Part shown: in pieces, positions 35,615 through 50,831 of the stretch
Layout: each line of letters starts with the position of its first letter
Position numbering within the stretch: the first letter of the stretch is position 1
Source of the DNA: Paraspadella gotoi
Lineage: Eukaryota; Animalia; Chaetognatha
NCBI GenBank assembly: GCA_051294375.1
Contig: CM119270.1
Location: 7,805,491-7,869,490, forward strand
Length of the DNA: 64,000 nt
Direction: 5' to 3'
Program-made: the position numbers and the translations under genes
Notes under the pieces: generated by a model
The model's input: the letters and a program-made list of their open reading frames with translations, nothing else
The model's database searches: none
What the model was told of the DNA's origin: nothing

Positions 35615-36310
35615 GGCGTGTTTAGATGGTGGACTGGGTGTGTATTTAGAGGCGGGGACTAGGGTGTCTTTAGAGGGGGATTGCCGCAGCGTGTTTAGAG
35701 GCGGACTGGGGTGTTTTAGAGGGGGATGTGGGTGTTTTGAGGGGGACTGGGGTGTTTTATGGAGGGGAATGGGTGGTTATTTAGGGGGGGACTGGGGTGT
35801 TTTAGCAGGGCAGATGTGGTTTTGCTGGGTGTTTTGAGGTGGGACTGGGGTGTTTTAGTAGGGGACTTGGGTGTTTAGAGGGGACTGGGTGTTGTTTTAG
35901 AGGGGGACTGGGGTGTTTTAGAGGGGGATTGGGTGTTTTTTGAGAGGGGGGACTGGGGTGTTTTAGGAGGGGGAACTGGGGTGTTTTGTAGAGGGGACGG
36001 GGTGGTTTTTAGAGGGGGATTGGGGTGTTTTTATGAGTAGGGGGACTGGGGTGTTTTAGGAGGGGACTGGGGTGTTTCTAGAAGGGGACTGGGGCTGTTT
36101 TTAGAGGGGACTGGCCGGGTGTTTTTAGAGGGGACTGAAGGTATTTTAGAGGGGACTTGAGCGTGTTTTAGAGGGGACTGCGGGCTGTTTTACGAGGGGA
36201 CTGGGGTGTTTTAGAGGCCGCGACTGGGGCGTGTCTTTAGAGGCGGCACTGCAGCGTTATTTTAGCAGGGGCGACTGGGGGCGGTCTTTACGGAGGAGGG
36301 GACTGGGGTC
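35615..36310 (+). repeat. G-rich ~20-21 bp minisatellite (AGGGGGACTGGGGTGTTTTAG)n
   Basis: About 30 degenerate tandem units, starting at an N gap. Confidence 0.92.
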
Positions 36311-36889
36311 TTTAAGAATTGTTGGGTGAGTTAAATGTCGGCAGTGTATGGGGTCGAACAAGGTGAAGGGGTCAGTCTCAAATGGGGAAGGGTAAATATT
36401 AGCGAAGAGTTAAATATTGTTTAATGTTTAAATGATCTGGATTTTTAATTCGGGCTAGGTTTTGAAATTTAGAATGTTGTTACTTATAAATACAAAGTAA
36501 TCAGAATAAACGTGGATTTCTCACGCCAAATAACCTTTTTGTTCAACCAGTTGTTTAGACCGAATCCTTTATATCCACATATATAACAACTCCGGTTCTC
36601 AAACCTTTTTTTCATGGCGCCAGGCAATGCTGGACGCTTGACGCCTGACGCCTGAAGGGTGAAACAGGCTGCTGGCGATTGATTTCCGGCGATGGTCCTG
36701 TCATTGAAGGGGTCAAGTCTGAGTTGGAGAGTGTGCTGAGTGTGTTAGTGTTGAGTGTGTTAGTGTGTTGAGGATGTGGATGTTGAGGATGTTGTGCACC
36801 GCCGCGAGGGGATCTGAGGAGGAGCATAGGAAAGGGAGTGATAAAAGAGTGATATAAAACCTAAGAGGAGTGAGAAAGAGAGTGAGGAA

Positions 36890-37105
36890 GGAGCGACGGG
36901 GCGTGGCTGAGAGGCGACCGGACGTCTGACCCAGTTTCGCCCTTCGCCGGTGATTGGACGCCGGGATCGAGTTTTAAAAGCGTCTTTTAGTGGCTCTTTA
37001 TCGCCGATTCAATTGCCAATTCCGCTGGCACTTCCGGTAGAATTTACTGTGTCATTGGCTGCGACACTTCGGTTCTACTACCCGTTGAACTTTCGCGCCA
37101 TTTGT
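36890..37105. promoter_or_regulatory. Promoter-like CpG-rich cluster (GC box, CCAAT, ETS, YY1)
   Basis: GGGGCGTGGC, TGATTGG, CACTTCCGG, CATTGG and CGCCATTT. Motif match only. Confidence 0.45.
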
Positions 37106-38929
37106 GACTTTCCACTTTTTTTTATTTATTTTTTGACCTTTGGCGTGATTGTACTTTTTAAATGTTATGTTACAGTCCTTTCCCTCAGTTTTTAGTTTCT
37201 CTTTCTTCTCGTCATTTTTTTGTCTTCTGTTTATTTTCTGTTTCCTTGTTTTCTGATTTTCGCCTTTTGTTTCGTTTTTTTTTCTGCTCGAGTTTTCTGT
37301 GATCCTCTTTTGTTTCCAAATCGACGCGAATTCGTCTCACGTGAGAAACACAAGCGAAGACCAAAATGGAATTTGGGAAGTGAATTAGGTAGAAATGGGG
37401 AAAGTGAAAAGTCGGGAGAGCTTGAAAAAAGGAGAGTTAGAAGTAGGGAGAATTATAGATACCGAGAATAAAAAGAAGGAAGGATTAAAATTTAAGAAAA
37501 AATTGAAGTAGGGAGGGAAAATAAAATGGGGACCTTAAAGAAGCTAAAGAGATTAAGCAACAAGAGTCTAAAAGTGAAGAGAGTTAAATGCGGGAAGAAT
37601 TGGAAGTAGAATGTGGGTAAGGGAAATGTGAAAAGGCGTGATACTTATGTCGAAATATAAAGCTGGTAACTTTTGAATGAGAAAAAATGACAAGTGAGAG
37701 AGTAGGTTGTTGAGGGGTTGTGAGAATTGAGAAAAGTGAGTAAGTTTTAAGGTGAGGGTGGAAAAGTGGTTGAAACGGAGGAGGAAGGAAGGGTGTGAAC
37801 TGTGAAGCGGCCGGAACGATCGTCGGGGAAAATTTGATTACTTTCACTCGTGACCTAGTTCCTTCACAAAAAAAGGGGCGGAGTTCCTTTTCGTCGCGAA
37901 ATTCCTCTCGGCTTTTGGCTTCTGTTTTGTTCTCAACCGTTTCCCTTTTTTCAGTCTCACCTTTCTTTGAATCTTCTATGTCCTGTTAGAGTCTTAGAAT
38001 TTTTTCAAAGTGGCTTTCAACATTTTCTCCGACATAAAATATTTAAAACGTTTTCAATCGTTTTTCGTTCATTTTTTTGGCTTTCGTCTCGTTTTTTTCC
38101 TTTTTTTTTTAGGTGGAGCACTTTTGCAAATGTTCGCAGTATTTTTTTGTAGCGGAGTCGTCGCCATTTTCACGGTGGAACAATCTGTCTCTTTTTCTAG
38201 TCTGCCTAGTGAAAGTTTAGTCCAAAAAAATAACCATATGATTTAGTACATTCGAGGACAATACGAATCAAAATTCATGTCACTGTGGTAATCATATTTT
38301 GAAGAGAATCGAAGTTGTTTTTTATGGACGAAGATATTTCGTAGTCAGAGAAAAAATAACAATGAAAAATAGCGGACGACGACGACGACGACGAAGAGTA
38401 TAAAGATGAAATATGCAGAAGCAATGAAAATAAAAGGGACGAATTTTTCAGCCTTTTTTCCGTTTTTGAGTCGAGTTTAGTTGGCAGGAATAATTGATGC
38501 GAAGTCCCCTTCCATCGATGACGAGCGCATTAGTTATTGGAGTTACATAATTCTAATATAATCTTATATCAATGAGTTCTCCTAATGGAACTAGAAGGTT
38601 TTATAGTTTCGCCGTTTTCTTTTTTCTTTCTTTTTTTCCACGCCATCGATCGTCTTACCTTTGATTGATTCCTCGGCGACCGTTTCGACCCACGTGACCT
38701 CCTAATGTCTCTTTCCTTTTTATCTCCTCCTTTCTTTTTTCTCCTTCCATCTCCTTCTGTTCTTTGCTCCGCGTTTTCTCCGTTATTACCTCTCTTCTCT
38801 TGGCTTCTCATTGTCCCGATGCATTAGTCTAATCAAACGGATCTCTCCGCCATTTTTTTCCCTTTAGTTCTGATTTCCCTTCAGTTTATTAACGCCCGTT
38901 CTGTTTTCTATCACTTTTACATATCTGTT

Positions 38930-38989
<60 letters not shown>

Positions 38990-39507
38990 TTTTTTCATTA
39001 TCTCTTCCTATTTTTATTATTTCTTTCTTTTTAAACTTTATTCATCAATTTATTTTCTATTATTATTTTATGCTTTATATTCTCTCCTTTTTACTATATT
39101 CTTCGTTTTTCCTCTCATCCCCTCTCCGTTTTTCCTTTTTTAAAAATTCTTCTTACTTTCTTTATTTTCTCTTTCCTCCTTTTGTTGGCCAGACTACCTT
39201 TGCCGCCATCTCAGCGATGATCGACCGCGAGTGGGCGTGGCGAGAGAACCGGAAGTCCCGAACATACGGATCGCTCGTTTAGTATGAAACGTCAGAGGAA
39301 TTGAAGGAAAGGAGGAAAGAAAAGGGAATGAAGGAAATGAAAAAGAAATCGGGAATCGGAAAAAAGATTAAAAATATTACAAGAAAAATAAAACAAAAAG
39401 AAGGAAAGAGAGAAAAAAAAATAAAGAAAGAAATAAAAAAGAAATAAATAAAGAAAAAAAGAAATGAAAGAAAGAAATAAAAAAATAAAGAAAGAAAAAA
39501 GAAATAA

Positions 39508-39555
<48 letters not shown>

Positions 39556-39614
39556 GAGAAAAGAGTGACAGATAAGAGCTCTTTGGAAACAAATCAAGCG
39601 AGAACCTTATCAGC

Positions 39615-39652
<38 letters not shown>

Positions 39653-40808
39653 TTCTCTTATCATCATCCTCGTTTTTATCTTCGTCTGACGAGATCGCCT
39701 CGTCTGATCCTCGACTCATGTCATCTCTGGTTAATCAACGTCAACTCGAACAGTTTTTTTTTTATCTTTAAATTATTTCCTTACATTTTTCATTCTTCAG
39801 TTTTTTAACTCATTAATTGTCAACCACGCCTTCTTTTTTCGTCAATTTTATCAGTTTTATGATCGACAAGTTATTTTTATTCATCAAAAATATCTTTCAA
39901 GTATCATTGATTTTCATACATACGTATTGACCTCAGTTCGCTCTTTTCTTCCACCTGCCTTCTCAAACCCTGTCACAACATTCCACCTCCACCAAAAAAA
40001 AAAGTCGAGACTTACCCCTTCGACACTTCCATCACCATTAACTTCCCTCACGCCGCGCTCAATCACCTCTCACGCTTTCTCTCACTCTCTCACCTCTCAC
40101 TCAGCCACTTCTCAGGTCAAGGCGAGAAGATTCTTCCCCAATTCTTGTTTCGCCTCTCAAATTGAAATAAAACGTTTCTCGCATAAGAATTCCTCTTTTC
40201 TTCCTTTTCCTCCTCCTCCTCTTCCTCCTCTTCCTCTTCCTTTTCCTCCTCCTCCTCCCTCTCTGTTTCTTCTTTCTTTTCTTTTCATTGCCTCCTTTTC
40301 TAAGAAGCAATGAAAAGAAAACGTTGCTTCTGATTTTGTTCTTTTTTTTTTTGGTTTAGTTGTTGTTCATTGTTAATTGTTGTTCATATTTTTTTATTTC
40401 CAAAGAGGTTAGTTGTTTTCGCGCTGAACCGATGAGGACTCTAAAGCTTAAGAAATCCGCTTATAACGAGCTTGGTAATTAGCAAATAACGAGCCGGTAG
40501 TACTATAATCCATTGAGTAATTACCTCAAGGCTAAAGCTTGAAAGCAAGAAGTGAGAAAGTGAGAGAAAAATATTTATTGATAAGTCTGAGCAAGCTGCA
40601 ATAAGAAAAATAAATATAAATATTCATATCGATTCATAAAATCGGCACATTTAAATATATTAACTTCCGAAAAAGGTGCCACCGTTGCTAGATGAAAATA
40701 TTTTATTTTGTTTTTCTTGAAAAAAAATAGTGTTTTAAAAACAAATTTAGAAGGAAAATAAAAGTCGGCAGGTTGCTTCGGTTTGCAGCACTCCATTATC
40801 AGATTCAT

Positions 40809-40912
<104 letters not shown>

Positions 40913-41006
40913 GTTTTCCCCACTCAACATCCATTTATCTTTTGCCTCATTTTCCTCCTCTCATTTCGATTTCCTTCTTCGATTTCTTCACTTGGATGGA
41001 GACAGG

Positions 41007-41091
<85 letters not shown>

Positions 41092-43731
41092 CTTCTTTGA
41101 CTACCTGTCAATACCTGTCCTTAAACCTCACTCTTTCCTTACATGAAATTTCTTTCTTTCTATGAAAAACGTGTCCCAGACCTTCCCTGGAACCCTATCC
41201 CTATCTTCATCTTTAATATTTATATATTATAGAATTTTTGCAGTGATGGTTCCATCACAAAGAATTTCACCATGAGACTGCGAATCTCGTCTGGTTTCTT
41301 CGCGTTCGCTTCCGCTCGCTTTAACCCGACGTCGAGCCGAACTTTCACCTCCCCTCGCTAATTCCACTCGCTAATTCCACTCGCGACTCCTTAACTGTGG
41401 TACTCAGTTTGAATTTTTTTTCTGTTCTTTCATTCAATAGATACATAGTTTCTGTACTTTCAATTTTTAAATCTTTATTTTTTTTGGTTATATTTTATTT
41501 ATTTACAGCGTCACCATTTTTATCTACGGGAGACACGTTTCTAAATATTTTTATTCAGTAATTAAAATTTTTACCTCTTAATCATTTTCGCCCATATGGC
41601 ATAATTTTCATTTTTTAAATCTATGTTTTCTTTTTTTACGATTCATTTCCGCTCGCTAATTTCACTTTTTTTTCCCCCCAGTTAATATTCCACTCGCTAA
41701 CTCGCGATTTTCCCTCAGATAAGCGCGGACTAACTCGCCCTCCACAGAACCTCAAAAAAACTCCACAAAAGAGAATAACTTTCGCTCCGAGTTTAGAAAC
41801 TCGTGTGTGTTTTTCGCGTTGCCGCCCGAATTCGGGTAACGGGACGGACCGGTCCTCCTTTTTGTTGTGACGCGTTACGGAGAAGAGAGGAATTCGATTC
41901 GGGGAGATGAAAATGGAATGAGAGGAGAGAGAGGGGGGGAGGAACGGGGTTTTTAAAGCTTTGAAAATAAGATTATGCTGGGGAGAAGGGGAAAGGGGAA
42001 GCTTTTGGGAGGAAAAAGGAAAGAGTTAAAGAGGATTAGAGGGTAGAGGGATTAACTGAGGTTGAAGGAGGAAATTGGAGGAAAGCAAGGAAGGAAAGGG
42101 AGGGTTGGTAGAAAGATTAGAAGTATAACAGTTCAACCTCAAAAAAAAAAAGAAAACATTAGGATTTATAGTGGGATTTTTTAAATTTTTTTTGTGGATA
42201 ATGGATATGGATACATAATACTAAAAGGATAAGGACCTCGAAGAGTTAGAAAAGAAAGGTGAAGGAAAAAAAGAAAGTTTAGGGTCAACAATTTTTTGAA
42301 AGTGTGTCGAAGGTTGGGAGGATGGGGCGGGGAGAGGAGGTGAGTTCACGAAGCGAAAAAAAAGGAAAGGAAAGGAGAAAAGGAAAGGAGTAAAAGGAGG
42401 GTCGTGGAATCCCGAAGGATTTTTTGGGGGTAAATTCAAAATCAGAACTAAACCCGAGTCGCGTTTTCTTTGCCCCTGGGGATTTGTGACATTTCTTCTT
42501 TGAGGAGGAGTAGGAGGAGTAGGAGGAGGAAGAGGAGGAGGTAGGTAGATGAGATGGGAGTTTGAGAGGTTAAAAAGAGGAGGATTATGAGGAGGAGAAT
42601 GTAGAATAAAAGGAGCGGTTGGAGAAAGGACAAATTTCGAAGTTTGGAGAGAAAAAAACGGAGGAACTTTCTACGAATGTTTTGATCTTCCTCGCGTTTT
42701 TCACGTCTTCAAAACTATTTAATTATTCATCCTCTTTTTTTTTCATTTTATTTTTCTTTTTTATTCACAAGTTTGTGATATTTTCTTCAAAATTTCTTAA
42801 ATTATTTCTCACCTTTCAACCCGACGCCTTTTGAACATCCGACCAAACCTAAATTCCAATTTACTTTCTCTCTCACGCACTCTCTCTCTCTCTCTCTCTC
42901 TTCTCTCTCAATTCTCCTCTCAATCATCTCTCCTCGTCTCTCTCTCTCTCCTCCTCTCTGTCCTCTCGCTCTCGCCCTCTCTCTCTCTCTGCATAATTCA
43001 TCTTCTTTCCCACCTCACGCTAAAACCTTCCTCTCACTGATTCAGGATGAAAGCGGAAAACACTTTATGAAACTTTATTATGAATTAAAGACGACGGTGA
43101 AGAAAAAACAAAAAATGTTAAATAGTTTACTAGAGAGAAAAAACGAAGGTGTACACAAAAAAGTACGTACTACAAACACTGACGCCCTCCTCTCGTTGTA
43201 TGATTATCCTACTTAAATTATTTAAATAAAAGGGAAATTAAAAATTATATAATAGATAAATAAATAAATAAACAAATATTTTTTTTTTCTTTTCTTTTTT
43301 CGTAATCACTGATTCAAATTGGTTTTGAACCTAATTAAAATCACCTTTTTTTTATTACTCTCCAGGTAATTTTTTTCTCAATTTCCAGCGATGGTATGTC
43401 TTAGTATTTTCTACTTTTTTTTTGCTAATTCAACTTTTCCACCATTACGAATTCCAAATGGGGCTTCGTTTCTTTTCCTTATTTCTCCAACTCAATCTCT
43501 AACCCTCACCCAACTTTGCTCATTTCCACCTTTCCCTTTTCCTCACCTTTCCATCACCCGATCCCCCCCCCGCCGCTGCCGCCGCCGCCCCGCCCGCTCG
43601 ATCCTCCCAAAACTGATTGCTCCGTTGAGATCGCGATATGCAAATTGGATTTTTCTCTCTTTCGTCGCGGGAAGAGAATATGATGGTTTCGTCTCTTCCC
43701 CCTTAACAGGGAAGAACCGCGATGGAGAAAA

Positions 43732-43763
<32 letters not shown>

Positions 43764-45544
43764 ACGACGAGCGACGACGACCACGAAATGATAACTAAGA
43801 TAAGACTCAATAACGATAGACAACGGAGGATGAACGACGGACATTGAGACCTAAAAATATCAGATGACTAGAAAAAACGAAGTGAAGAAATGTTATTAAG
43901 ACCAGATTTCAGTGATATCAATAACAAATATGACATTGGGTGGATGAACGATAAGAAAAGATCCTGAGATAAGTAATACAAAGCTTGGCTCCTGATGCGA
44001 ACGTTATCACACGCAAAACGACGACGATGAAGGATCGACGATGTTTGAGGACGATCATGAGCGACGATGATCCAAACAAGAAAAGGTCAGGGAAATGATG
44101 GTTGCAATCACATTCCATTGCATGCAATCACTCATGTGCATTGACGTTTCACCAGATTGTTATTTTGGGGAAAACGACGACGATGACATTGACGAAGAAA
44201 ACGACGGTGAAGGGAAAACAACAACAACAAACATTAAATCAAGCCACGGATGTGCATTGTGATTTTCAACATTTAAAAATGTTAAAATATGAGATGTTAA
44301 AGTGTAAAAAAATGAATATGAAAATCACAAATAGTTTAATAATAAATTATTGAAGCACTAAGCAGGAAAATAATCGACCATGAGCGACGACGAAAACGGA
44401 CGAAGAACGAGGCAGACAACAACCGCAACTACAACAACACGGGCGACGACCGACGACGACGAAACGACGGACGACGTCGAATCCAGTTAATCCGTCCGAG
44501 TAACTCGTTTCCAATATTAACCAGATGAAAGGAAGAAGGAAAATCCTATTGGCATTTCAACCTCGGGGAATTTGACTAAAATGACGACGAAGACGACGAC
44601 ACAACGACAAGGACGATATAGACAACGGACGACGACGACTAAAGAGGACGACAAAAAATTTTAATCAGAAACGATAACGACGAACGACAACAACAACAAC
44701 ACACAACTACAACAACAACTACAACAACAACAACACAGCAGCAGCAGTAGCAGCAGCAGTAGTCTTTCCGATTCGAACTTTAACTTTTCTTATTTCTTTC
44801 AATTTCAATTTTCGATTCGAATCGAATCGATCGAACGAGAGAGGAAGAAAGGGGGGAAAAGGGGGATGGGGGGAGGAATGAGGGAGGATGCGGGAGGAAG
44901 ACGTGGGAGGATGGGGTAGGGTAAGGAGGACTGGAATTCCTGTCTGGGGGTTTGAGAGGACCTGGAGAAAATTAAAATCGCTAGAAGTGAAAAAACAAAC
45001 TGTCATTAACCCCCTACCATCAAACGCACAAAGTCTTTGAAATTGTAACCACTCTCGACTTTTCCTGCTCTCTCTCTCTTCTCTCCTCTCTCTCCTCTCT
45101 CTGTCTCCTCTCTCTCTCTCGTCTCTCTCTCTCTCTCGTCTCTCTCTCTTCTCTTTCTGCTCATCCTCCTCTCCTTCTCTCATCTCAGTCTCTCGCTCTA
45201 CTTTCTCTCTCTCTTCACCCATACCCTTTTAACCGGTACCCTAGTCATGTTCAAATTGATAATCACCTCTCAAGGTCTCATTTCTCTACTTCGCGCCTGC
45301 CTTTTATTTAACCTTTCTTCCGAATCGATACTGGAGACGAATTAAAGAAGATGTTTCTTCTCGAAATCCAACCATAGATCAGAGCTGCAGGTTTCTTTCA
45401 CGCCATCTTATCTCTTTACTTTTTTCTATGAACTTCTCCTACATTCAAGTATTTAAGCCACCAAACTACTGCTTCAATAGATTGTTTAACGAAGCCTTTT
45501 CAAAGGTAACCAAATCCTTTGTTTTATTATACCAACTTTTTTAT

Positions 45545-45915
45545 CCTTGTTTCCTTCCTTTTTCCTCTTCCAAAATACCCGACTCCTTTGTTTCCTTCCT
45601 GTTTCCTCGTCCCAAAATCCCCGATCTCCTGTTGTTTTCCTTCCTGTTTTCCCTTCCCAAAATACCCGATCTCCTTTTTGTTTCCTCCTGTTTCCTCTTT
45701 CCAAAATACCCGATCTCCTTTGTTTCTTTCCTGTTTCCTCGTCCCAAAATACCCCGATCTCTTTTGTTTCCTTCCTGTTTCCTCCGTCCCAAATCCCCGA
45801 TCTCCTTTGTTTCCTTCCTGTTTCTTCGTCCCAAAACCTCGATCTCCTTTGTTTCCTTCCTGTTTCTCTCGCCCAAATCTCCGATCCTCTTTTGTTTCTT
45901 TCCTGTTTCCCTTTT
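45545..45915 (+). repeat. ~41-43 bp minisatellite (TTTGTTTCCTTCCTGTTTCCTCGTCCCAAAATACCCGATCTCC)n
   Basis: About 8-9 tandem units; explains the repetitive ORFs on both strands. Confidence 0.92.
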
Positions 45916-46193
45916 CGTCCCGATCCGCGTCGCTTTCCTCCGATTTCTGTTTCCCCGCGAATCTTAAATCGAAGTCAAAGGGTCGAACTTTTTTGGGCCG
46001 AAGAAAAATGGCGCGAAAAAAGTGGAGAAAAGAAAGGGAAAAAAAGGAAATAAAACGAAAAAAAAGGGGAAAAAAACTAAGGGAAAAAAAAAGGAATGAA
46101 GAAAAACGAGAATAAAGAGGAATTAAGGAGAAAAAAAAATGGGCGAACATAAAAGGCGAAATCGTGAGAGAGAGAGAGAGAGAGAGAGAAGAT

Positions 46194-46256
<63 letters not shown>

Positions 46257-46787
46257 TCCCGCGGTTTTGACCATCTTGTTCGACCCTCGAGCCACGACCC
46301 ACCTCCCCAGAGTAACCCGGAACCACTCTACCTCCCCCACCCCCGCCCACCTCGACTCTCCTTCTCGCCTTTTCGTCCCAGGGATTTCTCGCAGACTCTT
46401 TCCTTTATTCCTCCCATTCTTTTGATGATATCTTTTTTTTTAGATTGATGCCCTCCTCTCTTGATGTCTTTTCTATTTTATTTGAATTCTTTTCTTTCTT
46501 TTTCATTTCATCTTCCCAAACTCAATATGTTTGAACTTTTTTTGATATCTTGTTTCTGCTGCGGTTGATTCTCATTTTTACGTGGAGTTAAAAGAATGTT
46601 TTCGCTTCGTACAAGAACCGACTAAATTATCCGATTATCTCTTTTTAATCCATTTTTCCCTTTTTTGTTCTTCGCTCTTTATAATGAAACTCGTTCCGGG
46701 AATTTTCACCGGAAGCAAATTTTAAAAATGGCATCTTTGTTTTGAAGTCAGCCACGAGACGACGACGACGACGACGACGACGACGAA

Positions 46788-46832
<45 letters not shown>

Positions 46833-47730
46833 TTTTTTAGATTTAATACAAAGGATTTTAAAGTTGGTTCCCGGATAAATTTATAATGAGCTTCTACCTT
46901 CCAAAACGAGTAGCGTAATGAGTTGCTATTTTTTGAAATCCAATCTGACTGTTCGTACTTAACAATGAAATTTGTTATATAGTTAAACATAACTTAACGT
47001 GCAACATTGAAAGTCGCAAAATAAGCACTTGCCGACTCTCACCCAAGACGAAAGTTCACTTCTTTTAAAGACTTTTTTACCTCATATCTCCGCCACCGTT
47101 TTTCCCTGTCGCTGCCGTCGGTTAATCGAGGCGCAAAACAAAAAAAAAAGTAGCGCCGAGGGAGGGAGACGACAAACGACGACGACGACGATAACGACGA
47201 CGATGACGACGAAAACGACGACAAAGTAGACGAGGAAGCTTTTCCTTCATAATCGCGAGCGGGAAACGGGAAGGTCCCGGGTTGGCGCCCGACGAATGAC
47301 TTTTTGTTTCAGAAAATATTAAGTCGAGGGAGAAAATTGTTGGGGAAGTATTAAACAAAATTAGAATAAAATTTATTACATATCTCTATAATTAGCTACA
47401 ATGATCAACTGTTATAAAAGTAATCATACTGACAATAACATTTGTTGACCATCGGTGAAAAAAATTTAACAAAGAGACTGTAAATAAAATTATTTTAAAG
47501 GCTGTAAAAAGAAAATAAAAGACCACAACGTCGATAACAACAACGCCGACGACAACAACAACGACGGCGACGACAACAACGACGACGACGACGACGACCG
47601 CAACAATTCATGGAATTTATGGAAGTTTGAAATGCGTTCCCTCCCGAGTTCGAACAAAGTGGAGATGCTGCGACGTTAGAGAGAGAGAGAGAGAGAGANN
47701 NNNNNNNNNNNNNNNNNNNNNNNGAGAGAG

Positions 47731-47779
<49 letters not shown>

Positions 47780-47783
<4 letters not shown>

Positions 47784-48333
47784 GAGAGAGAGGAGAGAGA
47801 GAGAGAGATACCGGTGGGCATTGGACGTGATTGATGACGGGATGAATTGCGTTTGCGCCTTCGACTCTCGTGGGGGGAGCGCCTACTCTCCCAGAGTGAG
47901 ACGAGAGACAGTCCAGAGAGAGAGGGAGAAAAATAGAAGAAAAACAGAATCTCAACTAAAGAAATATTAGTTTTGTTCATTTTAAATTTTATATTATTGT
48001 CAATAAACCCTCATTTCAAATCGTTAAAAGATGACAAAAATAGATGACTTTGACGACAGATACGATGATAGAAATGACATATTTCTTCTTCTCTTTTCTT
48101 TTCCCGCGACGTTCGAGGTCATCTACTCATCTCGTTTCTTGTCATAATCAATCCCTAAGTGTCATTTTTTTGCCCAGTTTCAATGACAACGATTTGTTGT
48201 TTTGTCAGTTCCAACCCAAGGACTTTCTTTTTGCTTTTTTTCTGTTTTTTCTCTGTGCCCGGACTGCTTGTAATTTTTTTACACACTACAAACGTGTGTA
48301 AATTTTATATATTATTCCGTATACGTACCATAT
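47780..48333 (+). repeat. Direct duplicate of 59280-59843
   Basis: Colinear from gagataccggtgggcattgg to tatacgtaccatat. Confidence 0.93.
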
Positions 48334-50695
48334 GACGACAAGAAAATACGTGGCGAAACGGTCTCCTGCTGATTTTGTCCTTAAAAATTGTTTCTGAGCC
48401 AAATTAAATTGATCATTACTTTTGGTAATATGTGCGATATATACTACTGGACACTACTGTATCTGACCATAACCCTTGACCAGCAATCAAAAAAAAAAGC
48501 TAACTAGATCAAAAAATAGTAAAAAGATGAAGCAATATAGCTCGAAACGCTTACAAATTTAGACCATTGCTTTTTTATAAATGCTAAAAAAAATATTAAT
48601 ATTATTAAAACAAAACTTTAACGATAACCTAATAGTTAACCGAAGACCAAGATGAATTAATTTTTTACCCATCATTTCCTCAATTTATATGAATCATTTG
48701 TTTGTAATTAGTCAATTATCTTAATAACAATATGACAAATTCATTTTCAATTTTCTTATGAATGGGAGTTTTCTCTGCTTATTCCCCTTGTGTCTAATTA
48801 ATTAATATTTAAAGTATTTTCAAAAACCTTATATAATTACTATATTTTTCACTTTTTTCAATTCTTTCAAACCAAAGCAACATCTAAAAACATTTTAATT
48901 AATAAAAAAAAATTGATGAATGATTTTGGAAAAAAATATTTTGAAACTTGAGAATAATGGATTATGAGTCAGGAAAAAAAAAATTTGCAATTCTAAAAAA
49001 ATCAGCCGCTAGCCTTTCGATTTTTCTAGAGGCTGATTTTTTTATTTTTTTGATATTTGATTTTCTATGCAAAACCATTATTCTCAATGAGCATAGGTTA
49101 GCAAAATTTTTTTTCCAACATTTGAAAAAAATTTCAACTTTTCTAATTAGGCTTTTTTGGGGGAAATAAATAAATAAATTTTATACGATGGGACATCTGA
49201 AAGTGATACGTCTTTAAATGACAAAAATTTTCTTCAAATTTTATTTTGAAATTTAAGTATTGTACCAATAGAAATAAGTGAGATACTCCCGCTTTGCCGA
49301 AATTTTTATTTAACAAAGATTTGTACGCGTATTTAAAAAAAATTATTTTTTTAAATAACTTTTGAAGAAAGAGGTAGCAAGATGGGATGTGGTATCAAAT
49401 TAAAGCCCGAATCATGGGACACCTTTCTAAAAGAGTTTTATTAAATTAAATCCATAAATCTTTACACAGCTTTTGTTTAAAGCAGAGTTAAAGTATAACA
49501 GTTTTTTGCTTTAAAAATTTCAATGAAGGGCATATAAAATTTTTTTTTTCTTTGTAATTTGAAAAAGGAAAGACTGAATTACATTTGTTTATATTAAATT
49601 TTTTTTATTCCATAAAATTGCATATATTTTTCAGTAAAGTAAAAAACAAGCAAAAATTTATGTTATAGCTTGATAAAATGTATTTTAAATATTAAAAATG
49701 ATAAATACAAAAATGTTTTCAGCTAGATATAAACAGTCTGGGACATTTACCTTCTGTCTGTGAAAAAAAAAATTGTCATTTTTTATTATCTTTAATGCAA
49801 ACTAAAAGCTTGACATACTGCTTGTTTTATCATAATAAAGTTGTAAAAAATTATATAGCTGGTAACATATTTGACAAAGCAAAACATCATTGTGTTAAAT
49901 TGTATTGATATTTTTTTTAAAATATAGCAAGAATTTTAATTCTATTATTTATCATCCATTTTAATTAAGAAAATATTTCTCGTATATAGCCCATTGAAAG
50001 GGTTCATTGACTGACTTAATGATGAAATTTTTTTAGATTCTTTACTGTCCCCATTTCACAAGATATAAAGGTCATGGTTATCATGTCAATAAGTCCAGAT
50101 TATCTGTAACCTTTCTGCAACCTGCATCCAAATTTTCTTTTTCCCTTTCAAATGTATTAAATAAAAAAAATTATTTGAGAGAACAATCGGCATGGAGGAT
50201 GCCATTGGTAAGCTTAGTTACCCTACTTCCCGATCGAATTTTTAAATGAGGTTTCTTTTCCATATATTTGAGACATAACCTAACTATTAGTACTATTATT
50301 TTTTTTATTTTTTCTATTACAGTTTTATGAATAATATGAATAAGACACAATGAAAAATAACGTGGCGTTACTGTCTCGTGCTGATTTTGTCCCTTTAAAA
50401 TTATTTCTGAGCCAAATTAATTGATTTTACTTTTGGTAATATGTGCGATATACACTACTGGACATTACTGTGTCTGACCATAACCTTGACCATCAACAAA
50501 AAAGCTAACTAGATCAAAAATAGTAAAAAAAGATGAAGCAATATAGCTCGAAAACGCTTACAAATTTTAGACATTGCTTTTATAAATGCAAAAAAATATT
50601 AATATTATTAAAACAAAATTTTAACGATAACTTAATAGTTAAACAAACCAGATGAATATTTTTTACCATCATTTCCTCAATTTATATGATCATAT
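48334..50695 (+). repeat. ~360-bp direct repeats (48334-48697 and 50343-50695) bounding an AT-rich 1.6-kb interior
   Basis: Shared sequence acgtggcg..ctgattttgtcc..gagccaaatt..catcatttcctcaatttatatga. Confidence 0.85.
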
Positions 50696-50761
50696 TAAGA
50701 AAGAAAAATTAAAGGAAATAAAGGAAAACACAAAAAATTACAAAGAAACTACCAGACAATC

Positions 50762-50831
<70 letters not shown>

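Noticed and set aside
45428-46150. Several 110-207 aa repetitive ORFs; superficial CRISPR-like periodicity
   Set aside because: Head-to-tail minisatellite with no unique spacers, open in most frames, in eukaryotic context.
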